NCBI GenBank assembly: GCA_026395215.1
Contig: JAPLZC010000010.1
Coordinates: 140,150-204,149, forward strand
From: Candidatus Staskawiczbacteria bacterium
GTDB taxonomy: Bacteria; Patescibacteriota; Minisyncoccia; Minisyncoccales; Staskawiczbacteraceae
Direction: 5' to 3'
DNA length: 64,000 nt
Part shown: in pieces, positions 1-9,668 of the stretch
Layout of the letters: each line of letters begins with the position of its first letter
Position numbering within the stretch: position 1 is the first letter of the stretch
Translations under genes and position numbers: made by a program
Notes under the pieces: generated by a model
The model's input: the letters and a program-made list of their open reading frames with translations, nothing else
What the model was told of the DNA's origin: nothing
The model's database searches: none

Positions 1-1241
1 TGTTGGACTGACAATTGAAGTGTCCTGTTTGTTCCTTTTTGAACATCGGCTCTCACATCAACTGTGTGTGTGCCTGTTGTTAATGTAATAGGTGCTGATG
101 CTAAGTCAAACATTGCATAGTTAGAACCAGTTATGGATCCAACTGTTGCAATTTTGCCTGTGTCAACGCCATCAATAAACAACTTAATATTTCCTAATGC
201 GTCTGCAGGAGCAGAGCCAACCATTCTGAAGTTAGCTGTTTTTAACAAAACTGCTCTTGTATTAACCGTTATTTGATTTGTCCAGAATACATTTTGTGTT
301 GTGCCAGCATTTACATATGTTGGATCCGTTGTGTCCATCGTATTAGCGGCAAAGTAAACTGTGGCTGCGGTTCCAGTGACAAGTGCCATTGTGCTACCTT
401 GTACACTTGCTGTGCCTCCGTTAAATGCTGTTAATGCAACTGCTATCGAACTACCTGTGTCAGTTGATGTAGCAGCGGCAGAAACGTCGGCTCTTACTGA
501 AATTGTCTTTGAACCGTTTACATTGATGGAAAGACCATTGATAACGGTTGAACCGTTAACATTGAAGGAATATCCATCTGTAATTCTTGTAGCTCCATCA
601 AACAAGTAAATGTTTGAAAGAGTGTTTTGGTCTGAAATTCCAGATCTTTGTAATGTTACTGTTGTAACTACTCCTGATCCGGTAAAGTTAATATCTAACA
701 AACCAGCTTGTGCTTGGCCTGCAATTAACCCACTTGCTGCAGGTGAACTTGCAGCCACTGTGGCTGAAATTGAACCTGTAGGTGTTACTACTGGAGGTTG
801 TCCAGGTGTTACTGATCCAAGAGAAGCGTTTAATCTTGCTCTTGTCATAGGACCAACCTGATTTGCAGGTGTGAATCCTTGTGCTACCTGGTATAATTTA
901 ACAGCTACTAAGGTTTTTGCACCAAAGTAAGTTGTTTCGTTTCCAGGTGAGCCTGCTCCTGTTGCTGAAACTGTAAAACCTTTGGTGTTCAAGATAGATT
1001 GTAAACATTTTACATCTGATCCTGTTGCGCCAACTGTCAAGTTTCTTGCGAATGCAACTCCTGCGCAAGCTCCAGTTCCTGATGCTGCTGGTGTGCCTGA
1101 CAAGGTTGTTAATTGAGCTTGTAATGTAGCAATCTGAGCCATGAGCTCGTCAATTGTTACACCTTGAGCTACTCCAGGGGCAACTACTGCAACCAATGTC
1201 AATCCGACAATGGCTGTTATAATTGTTTTTTTAATACTCAT
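1..1241 (-). CDS. Large secreted surface/S-layer-like protein with peptidoglycan-binding domain (runs off window start)
   Basis: ATG at 1241 reads MSIKKTIITAIVGLTLVAVVAPGVAQGVTIDELMAQIATLQAQL (signal peptide plus coiled coil), then NLTVGATGSDVKCLQSILN...YFGAKTLVAVKLYQ...VGPMTRARLN (PG-binding-like), then Thr/Ser/Gly-rich beta sequence. Confidence 0.75.
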   Translation of the reverse strand, partial: MSIKKTIITAIVGLTLVAVVAPGVAQGVTIDELMAQIATLQAQLTTLSGTPAASGTGACAGVAFARNLTVGATGSDVKCLQSILNTKGFTVSATGAGSPGNETTYFGAKTLVAVKLYQVAQGFTPANQVGPMTRARLNASLGSVTPGQPPVVTPTGSISATVAASSPAASGLIAGQAQAGLLDINFTGSGVVTTVTLQRSGISDQNTLSNIYLFDGATRITDGYSFNVNGSTVINGLSINVNGSKTISVRADVSAAATSTDTGSSIAVALTAFNGGTASVQGSTMALVTGTAATVYFAANTMDTTDPTYVNAGTTQNVFWTNQITVNTRAVLLKTANFRMVGSAPADALGNIKLFIDGVDTGKIATVGSITGSNYAMFDLASAPITLTTGTHTVDVRADVQKGTNRTLQLSVQ

Positions 1242-1463
1242 TTTTTGTTTAATTTTTGTTTGTTCCCGTCTAATTGAATATAAATATTTAATTAGACAAG
1301 AAGTTATTATTAGTTTTTTTTATTTCTCATCGGTCGACCTTCTTTATCTATGGTTTTTAGCTCGCGACTTTACGTACTAATCACGAACCTGCCATAAACA
1401 ACGACTCTTCAAATGTAAGTTATAATGGCAAAAAAGTACGAATTCTCTGCCAAGTCAAAATGT

Positions 1464-2081
1464 TTAGTTATTTATCAATAATATTGCTTCCAATGCTTCT
1501 GAATATTTTTCTTGATTATATAAATTTTCTACTTGGGTCAATGTAATTTTCTGTTCGTTGGTTAGTGTGGCCTTTTGTAAATCGGCAACTTGCCCTTCAA
1601 CTACTGTTTGCATTAAACCTTTAACATCTTGGTTGTCTGTCATGTCTCCGGGCATATCGGCTAATGTTTTTACAAGAACCTTCATTGTTTGTGGAGTTTG
1701 AACCGGATTATCTTTTAAGTTTTGCGCTAGGTTTTTTACAGTTTCATTAATCTGTTCTTTTATAGCCACTGCAGTCTGATTTGTTAAAGTGGCCTGTTGC
1801 TGAGGCGCTTTTTCTACTGGCAATGATTTAATTATTCCAAATGTCCCAACAACAAAAAGAAGAACTACCGAAAAAGCATAAACCAACTTTCTTGGTGTAA
1901 ATATAAACCTTAAGGTTTCTGCAAAGCTGACTTTCTTGGCAAGAACTGTCCCAGTCATTCGACCGGGCACTTTGTTTTCTAACAAAGTGGTCTTAAGCAA
2001 AGAAGCCCACTCTCTGTTGGGTTTGATTTCTTTAAGCTGTCTCAACGACTCAATAAGTTGTTTTTCTGTTATTTTAGTCAT
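1464..2081 (-). CDS. Single-TM protein, putative anti-sigma factor
   Basis: Directly downstream of ECF sigma gene; one TM helix (LVYAFSVVLLFVVGTFGII). Confidence 0.55.
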   Translation of the reverse strand: MTKITEKQLIESLRQLKEIKPNREWASLLKTTLLENKVPGRMTGTVLAKKVSFAETLRFIFTPRKLVYAFSVVLLFVVGTFGIIKSLPVEKAPQQQATLTNQTAVAIKEQINETVKNLAQNLKDNPVQTPQTMKVLVKTLADMPGDMTDNQDVKGLMQTVVEGQVADLQKATLTNEQKITLTQVENLYNQEKYSEALEAILLINN

Positions 2082-2134
2082 TGTAAGTCTAGTATAAGTA
2101 TGACGCTCCAGCCCTATGATTTGTTACAATTTCC

Positions 2135-2641
2135 TTATGCCTCCTGGATTTTGTCCTTTAGGTCTTTTAGTCCTCTATGTAACATTACCCTTATTGTCCC
2201 AGCTGGTTTGTTTATAAGCTCAGCTATCTCGGGGACGGACATATCCTCTAAATAGTGCCAAATTATTATGTCCTGATGCTCTTTCTTAAGCTTTTGTAAG
2301 GCCTTCCTGACAACACTAATATCTGCGCTCAAAATGGCCATGTCCTGAGCATTTGTCCCAGGGTCAGCGAGTTCCGGGCTGGCATCAGCCGAAACCGTGT
2401 TTGCCCTGCCCTTGTCCCTGTAATGGTCTACAACCGCATTCCTAGCTATTTGATACAAGAACGCGCCCGGGTTTTTTATGCTATCTGTAGCCCCTTCAAA
2501 CGCTTCCCAGCCCTTTAAAAACACCTTAGACGTGACATCCTCGGCAGTTTCCTGCGAATTCACTTTTAGGTAAACAAACCTGTATATCTTATCAATATAT
2601 TGGTCGTAAATCCTGCCAAATTGTTCATTTTTACTATCCAT
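2135..2641 (-). CDS. ECF RNA polymerase sigma factor (sigma-70 group 4)
   Basis: AEDVTSKVFLKGW, FLYQIARNAVVDHYR, and region 4 HTH SVPEIAELINKPAGTIRVMLHRG. Confidence 0.93.
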   Translation of the reverse strand: MDSKNEQFGRIYDQYIDKIYRFVYLKVNSQETAEDVTSKVFLKGWEAFEGATDSIKNPGAFLYQIARNAVVDHYRDKGRANTVSADASPELADPGTNAQDMAILSADISVVRKALQKLKKEHQDIIIWHYLEDMSVPEIAELINKPAGTIRVMLHRGLKDLKDKIQEA

Positions 2642-2710
2642 CTATGAGTGTTGATACTAACACAGTTAATGATAAAAATCAATAGTTTTGCTATCCTGTC
2701 CTACCTTGTC

Positions 2711-3340
2711 CTATCTCTTAACCTGATAGGACACCTGGTTAAAGTCGCCTGTCCTAACTATTTTACCGGCTTGGAGCAACTCGTCCAAATCTCTCCTTAT
2801 TGTCCTTTTTGTAATATCTGGCAATATTGTCTGCAAATCCATAACCTGCGCCTTTTCATTCTTACTCAAAAAATCCATAATCTTCTTTTGTCTATCTGTT
2901 TGGGCTGACGAATCATTCTCAATTTCTTCTATTTCTACGCTTTCAGTTGCTAAATTAGGTGCAACTTCTGCTTCAATTCTTGGCTTGTCTATTCCTGGTA
3001 ATTTCTGGGTTTGTTCGACTATCGGCGAGGATATTGGTTCCATTCCTATTTTAATCTTTTCATATTCGTTGGCAATTATAAGAAAGTTAACCGAATTCAG
3101 CCAGCCTTGCGTTTTTCCTATCCACAAATATCCCATTAAAATTTCTATGTCTTCTAAAAGCTGTACTTTAATTTTTTCCTTACTAAAAGAAGCCCAACCG
3201 GAAACTTCATTAACCAAAACCAAATTATCCATTATTGCCAGCGCCTTGTCTTTGGCTCTGTTTTTTAATGGATCGGCTTCTGGAAAAAATTCCAGCATTT
3301 TATAAACCTCGTTTGTTAATTTCAGAAATTTTTCTTGCAT
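2711..3340 (-). CDS. Protein with helical N-domain and C-terminal DeoR-type winged HTH
   Basis: RQKKIMDFL...ITKRTIRRDLDELLQAGKIVR. Confidence 0.75.
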   Translation of the reverse strand: MQEKFLKLTNEVYKMLEFFPEADPLKNRAKDKALAIMDNLVLVNEVSGWASFSKEKIKVQLLEDIEILMGYLWIGKTQGWLNSVNFLIIANEYEKIKIGMEPISSPIVEQTQKLPGIDKPRIEAEVAPNLATESVEIEEIENDSSAQTDRQKKIMDFLSKNEKAQVMDLQTILPDITKRTIRRDLDELLQAGKIVRTGDFNQVSYQVKR

Positions 3341-3424
3341 AATAATTAGTCTCTAAATTTAACAAAAAATACAACAAAAGTAAAGTACTTTTTTGGTACG
3401 AAAATATTTAGTAATTATATCACA

Positions 3425-3464
3425 CTATTTGTTAGTTGCGAACTGCCCACATGCCGCGTTTATA
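3425..3464 (-). repeat. Orphan diverged copy of the rlmN 3' end (INAACGQFATNK*)
   Basis: 32/40 nt identical to 3532-3571 (INAACGQFVTSK*); most differences are synonymous. Confidence 0.8.
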
Positions 3465-3531
3465 CAGCCTTTTATAAATTTTTTGTTTGAAGGGTGCGCG
3501 CTACTTTTGATGACTTTTGTAACACAAAGAT

Positions 3532-4602
3532 TTACTTACTTGTTACGAACTGGCCACAAGCCGCGTTTATATCATCACCAAACCTGTATCTTTGGGTATA
3601 TCTTATCTTTAATTCTTCTAGTATATCTCTAAACTTTTTTACCCGTTCGGTTGTAGACGGTTCAAACGCCTGCCCCGCCAGGGCGGGGTCCCGCTGTGGC
3701 GGGATGGCATTATACAAAATCAAGTTAACAAAATATAATTTTTTGTTCATTATTTTTGCTAATTCTCTGGCATGTTCTTCTGAGTCATTTACATCTTTAA
3801 TCAAAACATATTCAAACATTACTTTCCTTTTTGTTTTTTCAATATATTGGTCAACTGCTTTTAAAACTTCGGCTAATGGATATTTTTTGTTTATTGGCAT
3901 TAACTCCCCTCTTAATTTATTATTTGGAGCGTGTAGAGAAATTGCTAGGTTAATATGTAAAGGGTCGTCACTTAACTTCTTTATGCCTTCAATAATTCCG
4001 GCAGTTGAAACAGAAATAGACCTTACTCCTATATTAAAATATTTGTAATCGTTCAAAATTCTTATAGAGTCTAACACATTGTCATAATTTAAAAATGGCT
4101 CCCCCATGCCCATATAGGTGACGTTGGTCACGCTTATTGCAAACCCTTCGACTTCGCTCAGGGTGATTTTTTTCAGATACCTACTGAAAAAAATCACTTG
4201 CTCTAGGATTTCTTCGGAGGTTAAATTTCTTTTAAAACCCATTTTGCCGGTGGCACAGAACAGGCATCCTAATGGACATCCTACCTGTGAAGAAACACAC
4301 ACAGTATTTCTGCCACTTGTCTCTGGCCTAAGCGGGTCTTTGTGTCGCATTAAAACCGTTTCTATCATCATCCCATCTTCCAAGGTTATTCTAGCCTTCA
4401 CGCTGTCTTCCTTTTTTGAGACCAAAACATCTGCCTTTATTTCCAGCGGACATTCTTTATTTAACTTTTCCCGCAATTCCACGGAGAAAAAAGTCGCCTC
4501 TGACCAATCAGAAATAAAATTTTTGTACACCGCTTCCCTAGCCTGATTAAGACGATATTTCGGCTCCCCTTCCAAAACTTTTTCCAAATTACTTAAATCC
4601 AT
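3532..4602 (-). CDS. rlmN: Dual-specificity RNA methyltransferase RlmN (radical SAM)
   Basis: CVSSQVGCPLGCLFCATG, MGMGEP, SLHAPN, INAACGQ. Confidence 0.95.
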   Translation of the reverse strand: MDLSNLEKVLEGEPKYRLNQAREAVYKNFISDWSEATFFSVELREKLNKECPLEIKADVLVSKKEDSVKARITLEDGMMIETVLMRHKDPLRPETSGRNTVCVSSQVGCPLGCLFCATGKMGFKRNLTSEEILEQVIFFSRYLKKITLSEVEGFAISVTNVTYMGMGEPFLNYDNVLDSIRILNDYKYFNIGVRSISVSTAGIIEGIKKLSDDPLHINLAISLHAPNNKLRGELMPINKKYPLAEVLKAVDQYIEKTKRKVMFEYVLIKDVNDSEEHARELAKIMNKKLYFVNLILYNAIPPQRDPALAGQAFEPSTTERVKKFRDILEELKIRYTQRYRFGDDINAACGQFVTSK

Positions 4603-4639
4603 AAATTACTTATAATCTTTTTCTAAATATTTTGCAAAA

Positions 4640-6811
4640 TTATGGCACCGTAGTATCAACAGTTATTGTATAAGGTGCCAAAGTAAGAGTTGCATCATTC
4701 CCTAATTCATCAACAATATGGACAACAATTTTATAAATTCCGTCTTGAGCGTAGTTGCCATTACTCATCTTCCCGTCCCATAATTTTGATGTTACAGTAG
4801 CATAACTTGTTGTCTGAGTAAAATACTTTATATAATGCGAACCATCACATGTCGCAACCGAATTTAAACAAATATAAATACGACTGAACTTTACTGGTAC
4901 GCTCACATTTATAATAATTCCCACCGATGAAGGTATGGAAGGGTTAAAAGACACATTTTGTGCAGATCCATTAAAAGTATAACTAGTGACGCTTGGTGGT
5001 GCTTCATTCACGGTAATTGTGTAAATAGACTCTGTTATTCCGTCTTGAGCCGTGACTGCAAGAGTATCATTAGATACTATCGGGTTGCCAAGAGTACTAC
5101 TTGTATTATTTTCAAGAGCGCCCACGGCAAACGTTAAATTACTTAAAAAAATAGCTTTTGCTGTTCCAAAAGAAACATTTGTGATAGTCCCAGCCCCACC
5201 CGCAAGAGAACTTACTGTATAAACTGTGGATGTTACTGTGGCATCATTACTTGCGATTGGCACGGCGACAACATGAACTAATCTTGTCACTTCAACAGCG
5301 CTATTTCCTGCAACATCAGAAACATTGTAAGTAATTGTATAATCTCCTACTGCATTAGCATCAACTGGGTTAACAATAATTATTTTTGTGGTAAGGTCTC
5401 CATCAACATTATCTAAAACTGTTGCACCCGCATCAATATAAACATCGCCAACGGTGATTGTAATTTCAGGGTCGCCCGTTAGAGTAATTACTGGCGCAGT
5501 TGTATCTGGAGGTACAAAAGCAGTATTTTGTGCTTTTGGTGTTGGTGTGTCTATCTCAAAATCTGCTGAATTATCGTCCGTATCTTGCTCTGAATTGTCT
5601 GGCAAAACTTTCCTGCCAATACTTTCACCTTCTGGCGGACATTCTCCTAGGCCAGGACAGATTGCTTTAAAATTTTCTAGGGAGCAAGCATCTTTACCAA
5701 TACCAACTTCATCAATAATATCGGGGTCATTATAATCTACAATGTCATCAGTGTTTTTAACTAAATAAATTGTATTATTGCCTGTCAGCAACCAACCTAT
5801 TGTCATGCCTGTTGGCGATGCTGCCAACGTTTTCAGAGAATCATCTGCATTTGTACTAACAACTAAATAAAAACCCTTTGGCGGAATAACGGCATCGACA
5901 TTAAAATGTTTGGAATAAAAACTCGTATTTACAGAACATCCGCCTACCCCCCAACCGCTTTTTTGAATTGACCACCCTTTTAAAGAGAAACTAGAATCAT
6001 TTGGATTATAAAGCTCAACCCAATCGTCATTTACATTAGTTTGTCCTGCAATTTGAATTTCGCTTATCAAAGGATTTTGCAACACTGGCGCGGGAGCTCC
6101 TCCTCCGCCTCCTCCGCCACCGCCACCTGCGGGCGGCGAGGTAAGACCGGGCTCAACATAGGCGCAACCTTGAGCAATTATTCCCTGCAAAGTTGCAGGT
6201 CCTATCCCGCTGACGCGCAATAAATCATTCAGCGAATAAAATGGTCTGGCAGATATAATTTTTTGAGCTGTTGTTGGCCCAACTTGAGTTATTTTATCTA
6301 AATCTTCTGCGGAGGCTGTATTTATATTTATTTGCCCGGTGCAAACAGTTATCTGGTTATTTTCATTGTTATCATTATTTTGGTCATTACTCTGGTCTTG
6401 GTCACTTTTATCTTGATCATTCTGGTCGTCTGCAACTTTATCTTTGTCTACGTCGGCAACCTGATTATCGAGATTTTGCTGGGCAATTAATTCATTTACT
6501 TTCTGTTGTATTATATCCAATTTTTCCTGAATGTCGTCCAATTGGTCTTGCCTGCTTATAATAATTGGCGCAACCGTATCTTCGGTAGATTCTTGCAAAT
6601 CAATTGCCGGAATTATGTCTGTAATTTCAGGAATTGCTGAAAGCGAGGCCGGAAAAAATTTGGCTAAAATATTAATATTTGAATTGGAAAAAATATTCCA
6701 TACAAAAAATCCTACCACAATAATGACGGTTAAACCTGAAAAAAAATAAAAAAATCGGCTCTTTTTGGGCATAAGTTGCAACAGTTCTTTTAATTTTACA
6801 CTTTTTTGCAC
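4640..6811 (-). CDS. Membrane-anchored ComEA-like HhH / lamin-tail / Ig-like multidomain protein (start may be 6772)
   Basis: ININTASAEDLDKITQVGPTTAQKII (HhH), ISEIQ...DWVELYNP (lamin-tail domain), DTTAPVITLTG...YTITYNVSDVAGN (Ig-like), WDGKMSNG...DGIYKI (FlgD-like). Confidence 0.8.
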   Translation of the reverse strand: MQKSVKLKELLQLMPKKSRFFYFFSGLTVIIVVGFFVWNIFSNSNINILAKFFPASLSAIPEITDIIPAIDLQESTEDTVAPIIISRQDQLDDIQEKLDIIQQKVNELIAQQNLDNQVADVDKDKVADDQNDQDKSDQDQSNDQNNDNNENNQITVCTGQININTASAEDLDKITQVGPTTAQKIISARPFYSLNDLLRVSGIGPATLQGIIAQGCAYVEPGLTSPPAGGGGGGGGGGAPAPVLQNPLISEIQIAGQTNVNDDWVELYNPNDSSFSLKGWSIQKSGWGVGGCSVNTSFYSKHFNVDAVIPPKGFYLVVSTNADDSLKTLAASPTGMTIGWLLTGNNTIYLVKNTDDIVDYNDPDIIDEVGIGKDACSLENFKAICPGLGECPPEGESIGRKVLPDNSEQDTDDNSADFEIDTPTPKAQNTAFVPPDTTAPVITLTGDPEITITVGDVYIDAGATVLDNVDGDLTTKIIIVNPVDANAVGDYTITYNVSDVAGNSAVEVTRLVHVVAVPIASNDATVTSTVYTVSSLAGGAGTITNVSFGTAKAIFLSNLTFAVGALENNTSSTLGNPIVSNDTLAVTAQDGITESIYTITVNEAPPSVTSYTFNGSAQNVSFNPSIPSSVGIIINVSVPVKFSRIYICLNSVATCDGSHYIKYFTQTTSYATVTSKLWDGKMSNGNYAQDGIYKIVVHIVDELGNDATLTLAPYTITVDTTVP

Positions 6812-6854
6812 AATAAAAAAAGCCCCGGGGTGTTACCGCGGGTTTATACTAAAT

Positions 6855-7061
6855 TTATCTTGAAGGACTGCCATTTTTGCGATCCTTATAATCCACAATG
6901 CTGGTTAAAATCCAAGAAACACCAAAAAAAGATGCACAAAAGAAAAATATTGACCATTCCTTATAATTTTTAGAAAAAGCAAAAAGCAAACCCACAATTA
7001 TTGCCGCCAATGTAGCAATAATTAAACATAAAATATATTTTATCTTTTTCCCAGTTTTCAT
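6855..7061 (-). CDS. Small two-TM membrane protein
   Basis: Two hydrophobic segments; SD AAGGAGG upstream; terminator-like hairpin at about 6816-6844. Confidence 0.6.
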   Translation of the reverse strand: MKTGKKIKYILCLIIATLAAIIVGLLFAFSKNYKEWSIFFFCASFFGVSWILTSIVDYKDRKNGSPSR

Positions 7062-7161
7062 TTCCGTCCTCCTTATTTATCAAAGAGCAGTCATTTGCTC
7101 CTTTAATTTAACAATAATCTTAATTACAACTTTGTCAAATAAAAAAAGCCGGGTGATAAAA

Positions 7162-7710
7162 TTACCTCGGCATGACTAATGGTTTAACTTTAGGACTGTC
7201 TGTTATGGCCGGACGTTCATTCAGACCTTCCCTCAAAAGATATTTATCTCCTATTTTTAAAAGAGTGCCTCTCCTAAAAAGGTTTAAAATTACAGCATGG
7301 ACAGAAACCCTTGAAAACTGGCGGCCTATTGCTTTATTTACTTCTTGAAAAATGTGTCGTCCCTCTAAAGATACTCCTTTTGCCCTTGCTCTAAACAAAA
7401 TTGTCCAAACTGCATTTGCAACCGTACCGCTGGACTCATTGGGTGGTGGCAATAATCTTAAAGCGCTATATGTGTAACCACATCCTTCGCAGTTTCCGTG
7501 TGTACCTAGACGACGCAGAAATCCTTTTTTAGTGCGTCTCAATAAAAAACTTGCTACAACGGCACACGAAACCCCGGTGCTTGTTCTAATATCAGCTAAG
7601 GTAAATTGCTTCCTACGAATACGACAGGCATTTACAAAATCTGTAATGCGTTTGTATTGGTCAGTAGGTATCCGTAACCGACCAGGAATTGCTCCTCTGG
7701 GCATAAACAC
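7162..7710 (-). CDS. Basic hypothetical protein, possible tandem winged-helix DNA-binding domains
   Basis: FTLADIRTSTGVSCAVVASFLLRRTKKGFLRR and a second similar segment; Arg-rich; GGAGG SD. Confidence 0.5.
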   Translation of the reverse strand: MFMPRGAIPGRLRIPTDQYKRITDFVNACRIRRKQFTLADIRTSTGVSCAVVASFLLRRTKKGFLRRLGTHGNCEGCGYTYSALRLLPPPNESSGTVANAVWTILFRARAKGVSLEGRHIFQEVNKAIGRQFSRVSVHAVILNLFRRGTLLKIGDKYLLREGLNERPAITDSPKVKPLVMPR

Positions 7711-7824
7711 CTCCGTTAAAGTGATGACAATGAACTCAACAAAATATTATCACAAAAAAATACTGTCGTCAACAATACATTTCATCATAAAAAAAGCCCG
7801 CGTTTGAAGTCCGCGGGTAATGGG

Positions 7825-8286
7825 TTATTGAAAGATTTGACGAATATAGGGGTTGTCGCTTATGGCAGAAATACTCTGCACCTTAACACTGTCAAACCAG
7901 CCAACATCGTGGGCGGTGAGAATCATCAGTGCCTCATTGGTTATATCTTCAGCAAATCCTGAAAAAGACAAAATTATATTTCCGGCTCTAACAGCTCCGG
8001 CAGTCTTATCTTCATCGAGATCTAGGCTTTGAAAGCTTGTTTCATGATCGGGAAGAAGAGAAAAAAGTCTCCTAGCATTTTCAACAGACAAACTGAAGTG
8101 CTTGTCTGCTTTTCCCGGAGGACAGTGATTTATTTGTATTACAAATAAAACTCCCAAATTAGACTCGCAATCAAAAGCAGTGAAATAACCGTAGTCTCTT
8201 GTAAGACCAAACTTTTCAATGAGCAGATGCATATTCTTCCTTACGGCAACAACCAATTCCTCGTGAGTGAGTCCGCGAACGTTCAT
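7825..8286 (-). CDS. Hypothetical protein
   Basis: 153-aa ORF with its own upstream promoter-like and downstream terminator-like sequences. Confidence 0.6.
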   Translation of the reverse strand: MNVRGLTHEELVVAVRKNMHLLIEKFGLTRDYGYFTAFDCESNLGVLFVIQINHCPPGKADKHFSLSVENARRLFSLLPDHETSFQSLDLDEDKTAGAVRAGNIILSFSGFAEDITNEALMILTAHDVGWFDSVKVQSISAISDNPYIRQIFQ

Positions 8287-8357
8287 TTTCAGTTCCTTTT
8301 AGTTGGGAAGATTAGTGTATTGTAAGACTTTGAAATATTGGAGTCAACTGTGTATAA

Positions 8358-8933
8358 CTATTGTCCGCTCCACTTACAACCAATTTTATTTTGCTGGGCA
8401 TATTGTTCAACTTCACTAATTTCGGCTCGATATTTTACGTCCGGCGAATAAAAACGCGCCACTGCCAAACCTTCTTTTACTAGTTGTGCATCAACATTTA
8501 TATTGTTTATAAAAATATATCTTAGACATCGGCCATATTGATCAACATCGGTTTTATCTTTTTCTAATAAAACATTCTTACTTAAAACTAAATCTTCAAG
8601 CCGAGTTTTTGCCGTGTCATAACACGGATATCCTTTTTCGTCGGCATCCATTCCCAAAAGCCGAACATGCCACCCGCCTTTCACCACAACCGTGTCCCCA
8701 TCAATCACTTTTGTAACTATTGTATTATTATCTGCGCCGCACCCGCCCAAACTCGCCGAAGGCGAGATTGTGACAGGCCCGTCAAAATGCCCGGCTGGGC
8801 TTTTGTCGGGCTGTATTTGTGGGATGTCCGACATCCCACCGACTTGCTTATCATCTTTTAAGCCATAATAAATACACCCGCCAATTATTACGGCTCCAAT
8901 TATTATTCCAAAAAATATTTTATTATTATCCAT
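8358..8933 (-). CDS. Thermonuclease (SNase-like), membrane-anchored
   Basis: VIDGDTV, VRLLGMDA, DQYGRCLRYI, LVKEGLA. Confidence 0.92.
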   Translation of the reverse strand: MDNNKIFFGIIIGAVIIGGCIYYGLKDDKQVGGMSDIPQIQPDKSPAGHFDGPVTISPSASLGGCGADNNTIVTKVIDGDTVVVKGGWHVRLLGMDADEKGYPCYDTAKTRLEDLVLSKNVLLEKDKTDVDQYGRCLRYIFINNINVDAQLVKEGLAVARFYSPDVKYRAEISEVEQYAQQNKIGCKWSGQ

Positions 8934-8993
8934 AATTATATTTTAACACAAAAAAAATCGAGCCCAAAAGCTCGACATGTTGCTCAATCAACT

Positions 8994-9380
8994 TCATTGA
9001 TTTTTCAGATTAGTGCGAGATGCGCTAAGGCTTATGCCGGAAGATTTAGTGTATGCTTCCAGTTGCTTAACAATAAAGTCTGCTATAGCCTTGTTCAATT
9101 TGCTGTCGAGGGTAAAAACGGATTCGCCTGTTGCCTTATCTAACCATGCAGAGCGATCACCATCTTCCGATCTGAAAACAAACCAAACTTTTTGCATGTT
9201 ACATATAATAACCCTGGCGGTCCATGGATCATCCGATATGACACGAGGTTCCGCATGGTCTATGCAGGAAATTTTCCCCTTAGCGTTACCTTCCTCATCA
9301 GAAAAATCAATAACAAAGCCCACAATAGCGCACCCAAATTCCGGTAACTCTTCCATCCCCTCCCACTTAGATGACTGCAT
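8994..9380 (-). CDS. Hypothetical protein
   Basis: ATG at 9380 preceded by AAGGAG; terminator-like hairpin at about 8951-8975. Confidence 0.55.
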   Translation of the reverse strand: MQSSKWEGMEELPEFGCAIVGFVIDFSDEEGNAKGKISCIDHAEPRVISDDPWTARVIICNMQKVWFVFRSEDGDRSAWLDKATGESVFTLDSKLNKAIADFIVKQLEAYTKSSGISLSASRTNLKNQ

Positions 9381-9405
9381 GTTTTGTCTCCTTCTGTTCA
9401 CGCGG

Positions 9406-9567
9406 TTAAAGTTGAGGTGCGGTTAAGATAAACAGAAGCCTATTAGTTTCACCTCTGTTGCATATTGCTGGCGAAAGTCCGTCCTCCGGCGATTCTTCAA
9501 TTATTGCCGGCTTGCCTTTGATAGGTTTTTTAACCTTTTTCCTCTTCCGTTTCAATAAGTTGGTCAT
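9406..9567 (-). CDS. Small Lys-rich hypothetical protein (53 aa; not in ORF track)
   Basis: MTNLLKRKRKKVKKPIKGKPAIIEESPEDGLSPAICNRGETNRLLFILTAPQL*; AAAGGA upstream. Confidence 0.35.
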   Translation of the reverse strand: MTNLLKRKRKKVKKPIKGKPAIIEESPEDGLSPAICNRGETNRLLFILTAPQL

Positions 9568-9668
9568 AACGCACATCCTTTCGTTTACGCCTATGATAAA
9601 AAGAGCTGATAATTCAATCTACAACATACAACAAAAAACTGCAAGTTTTGGCTCGCAGTTTTTTATTT

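Noticed and set aside
361-861. Plus-strand ORFs 361-609 and 610-861, and the many other ORFs antisense to core genes
   Set aside because: Shadows of well-supported genes on the opposite strand
6095-6130. Poly-Gly tracts in surface proteins (also about 15465-15487) as phase-variable repeats
   Set aside because: Mixed Gly codons rather than a pure simple-sequence repeat; ordinary flexible linkers
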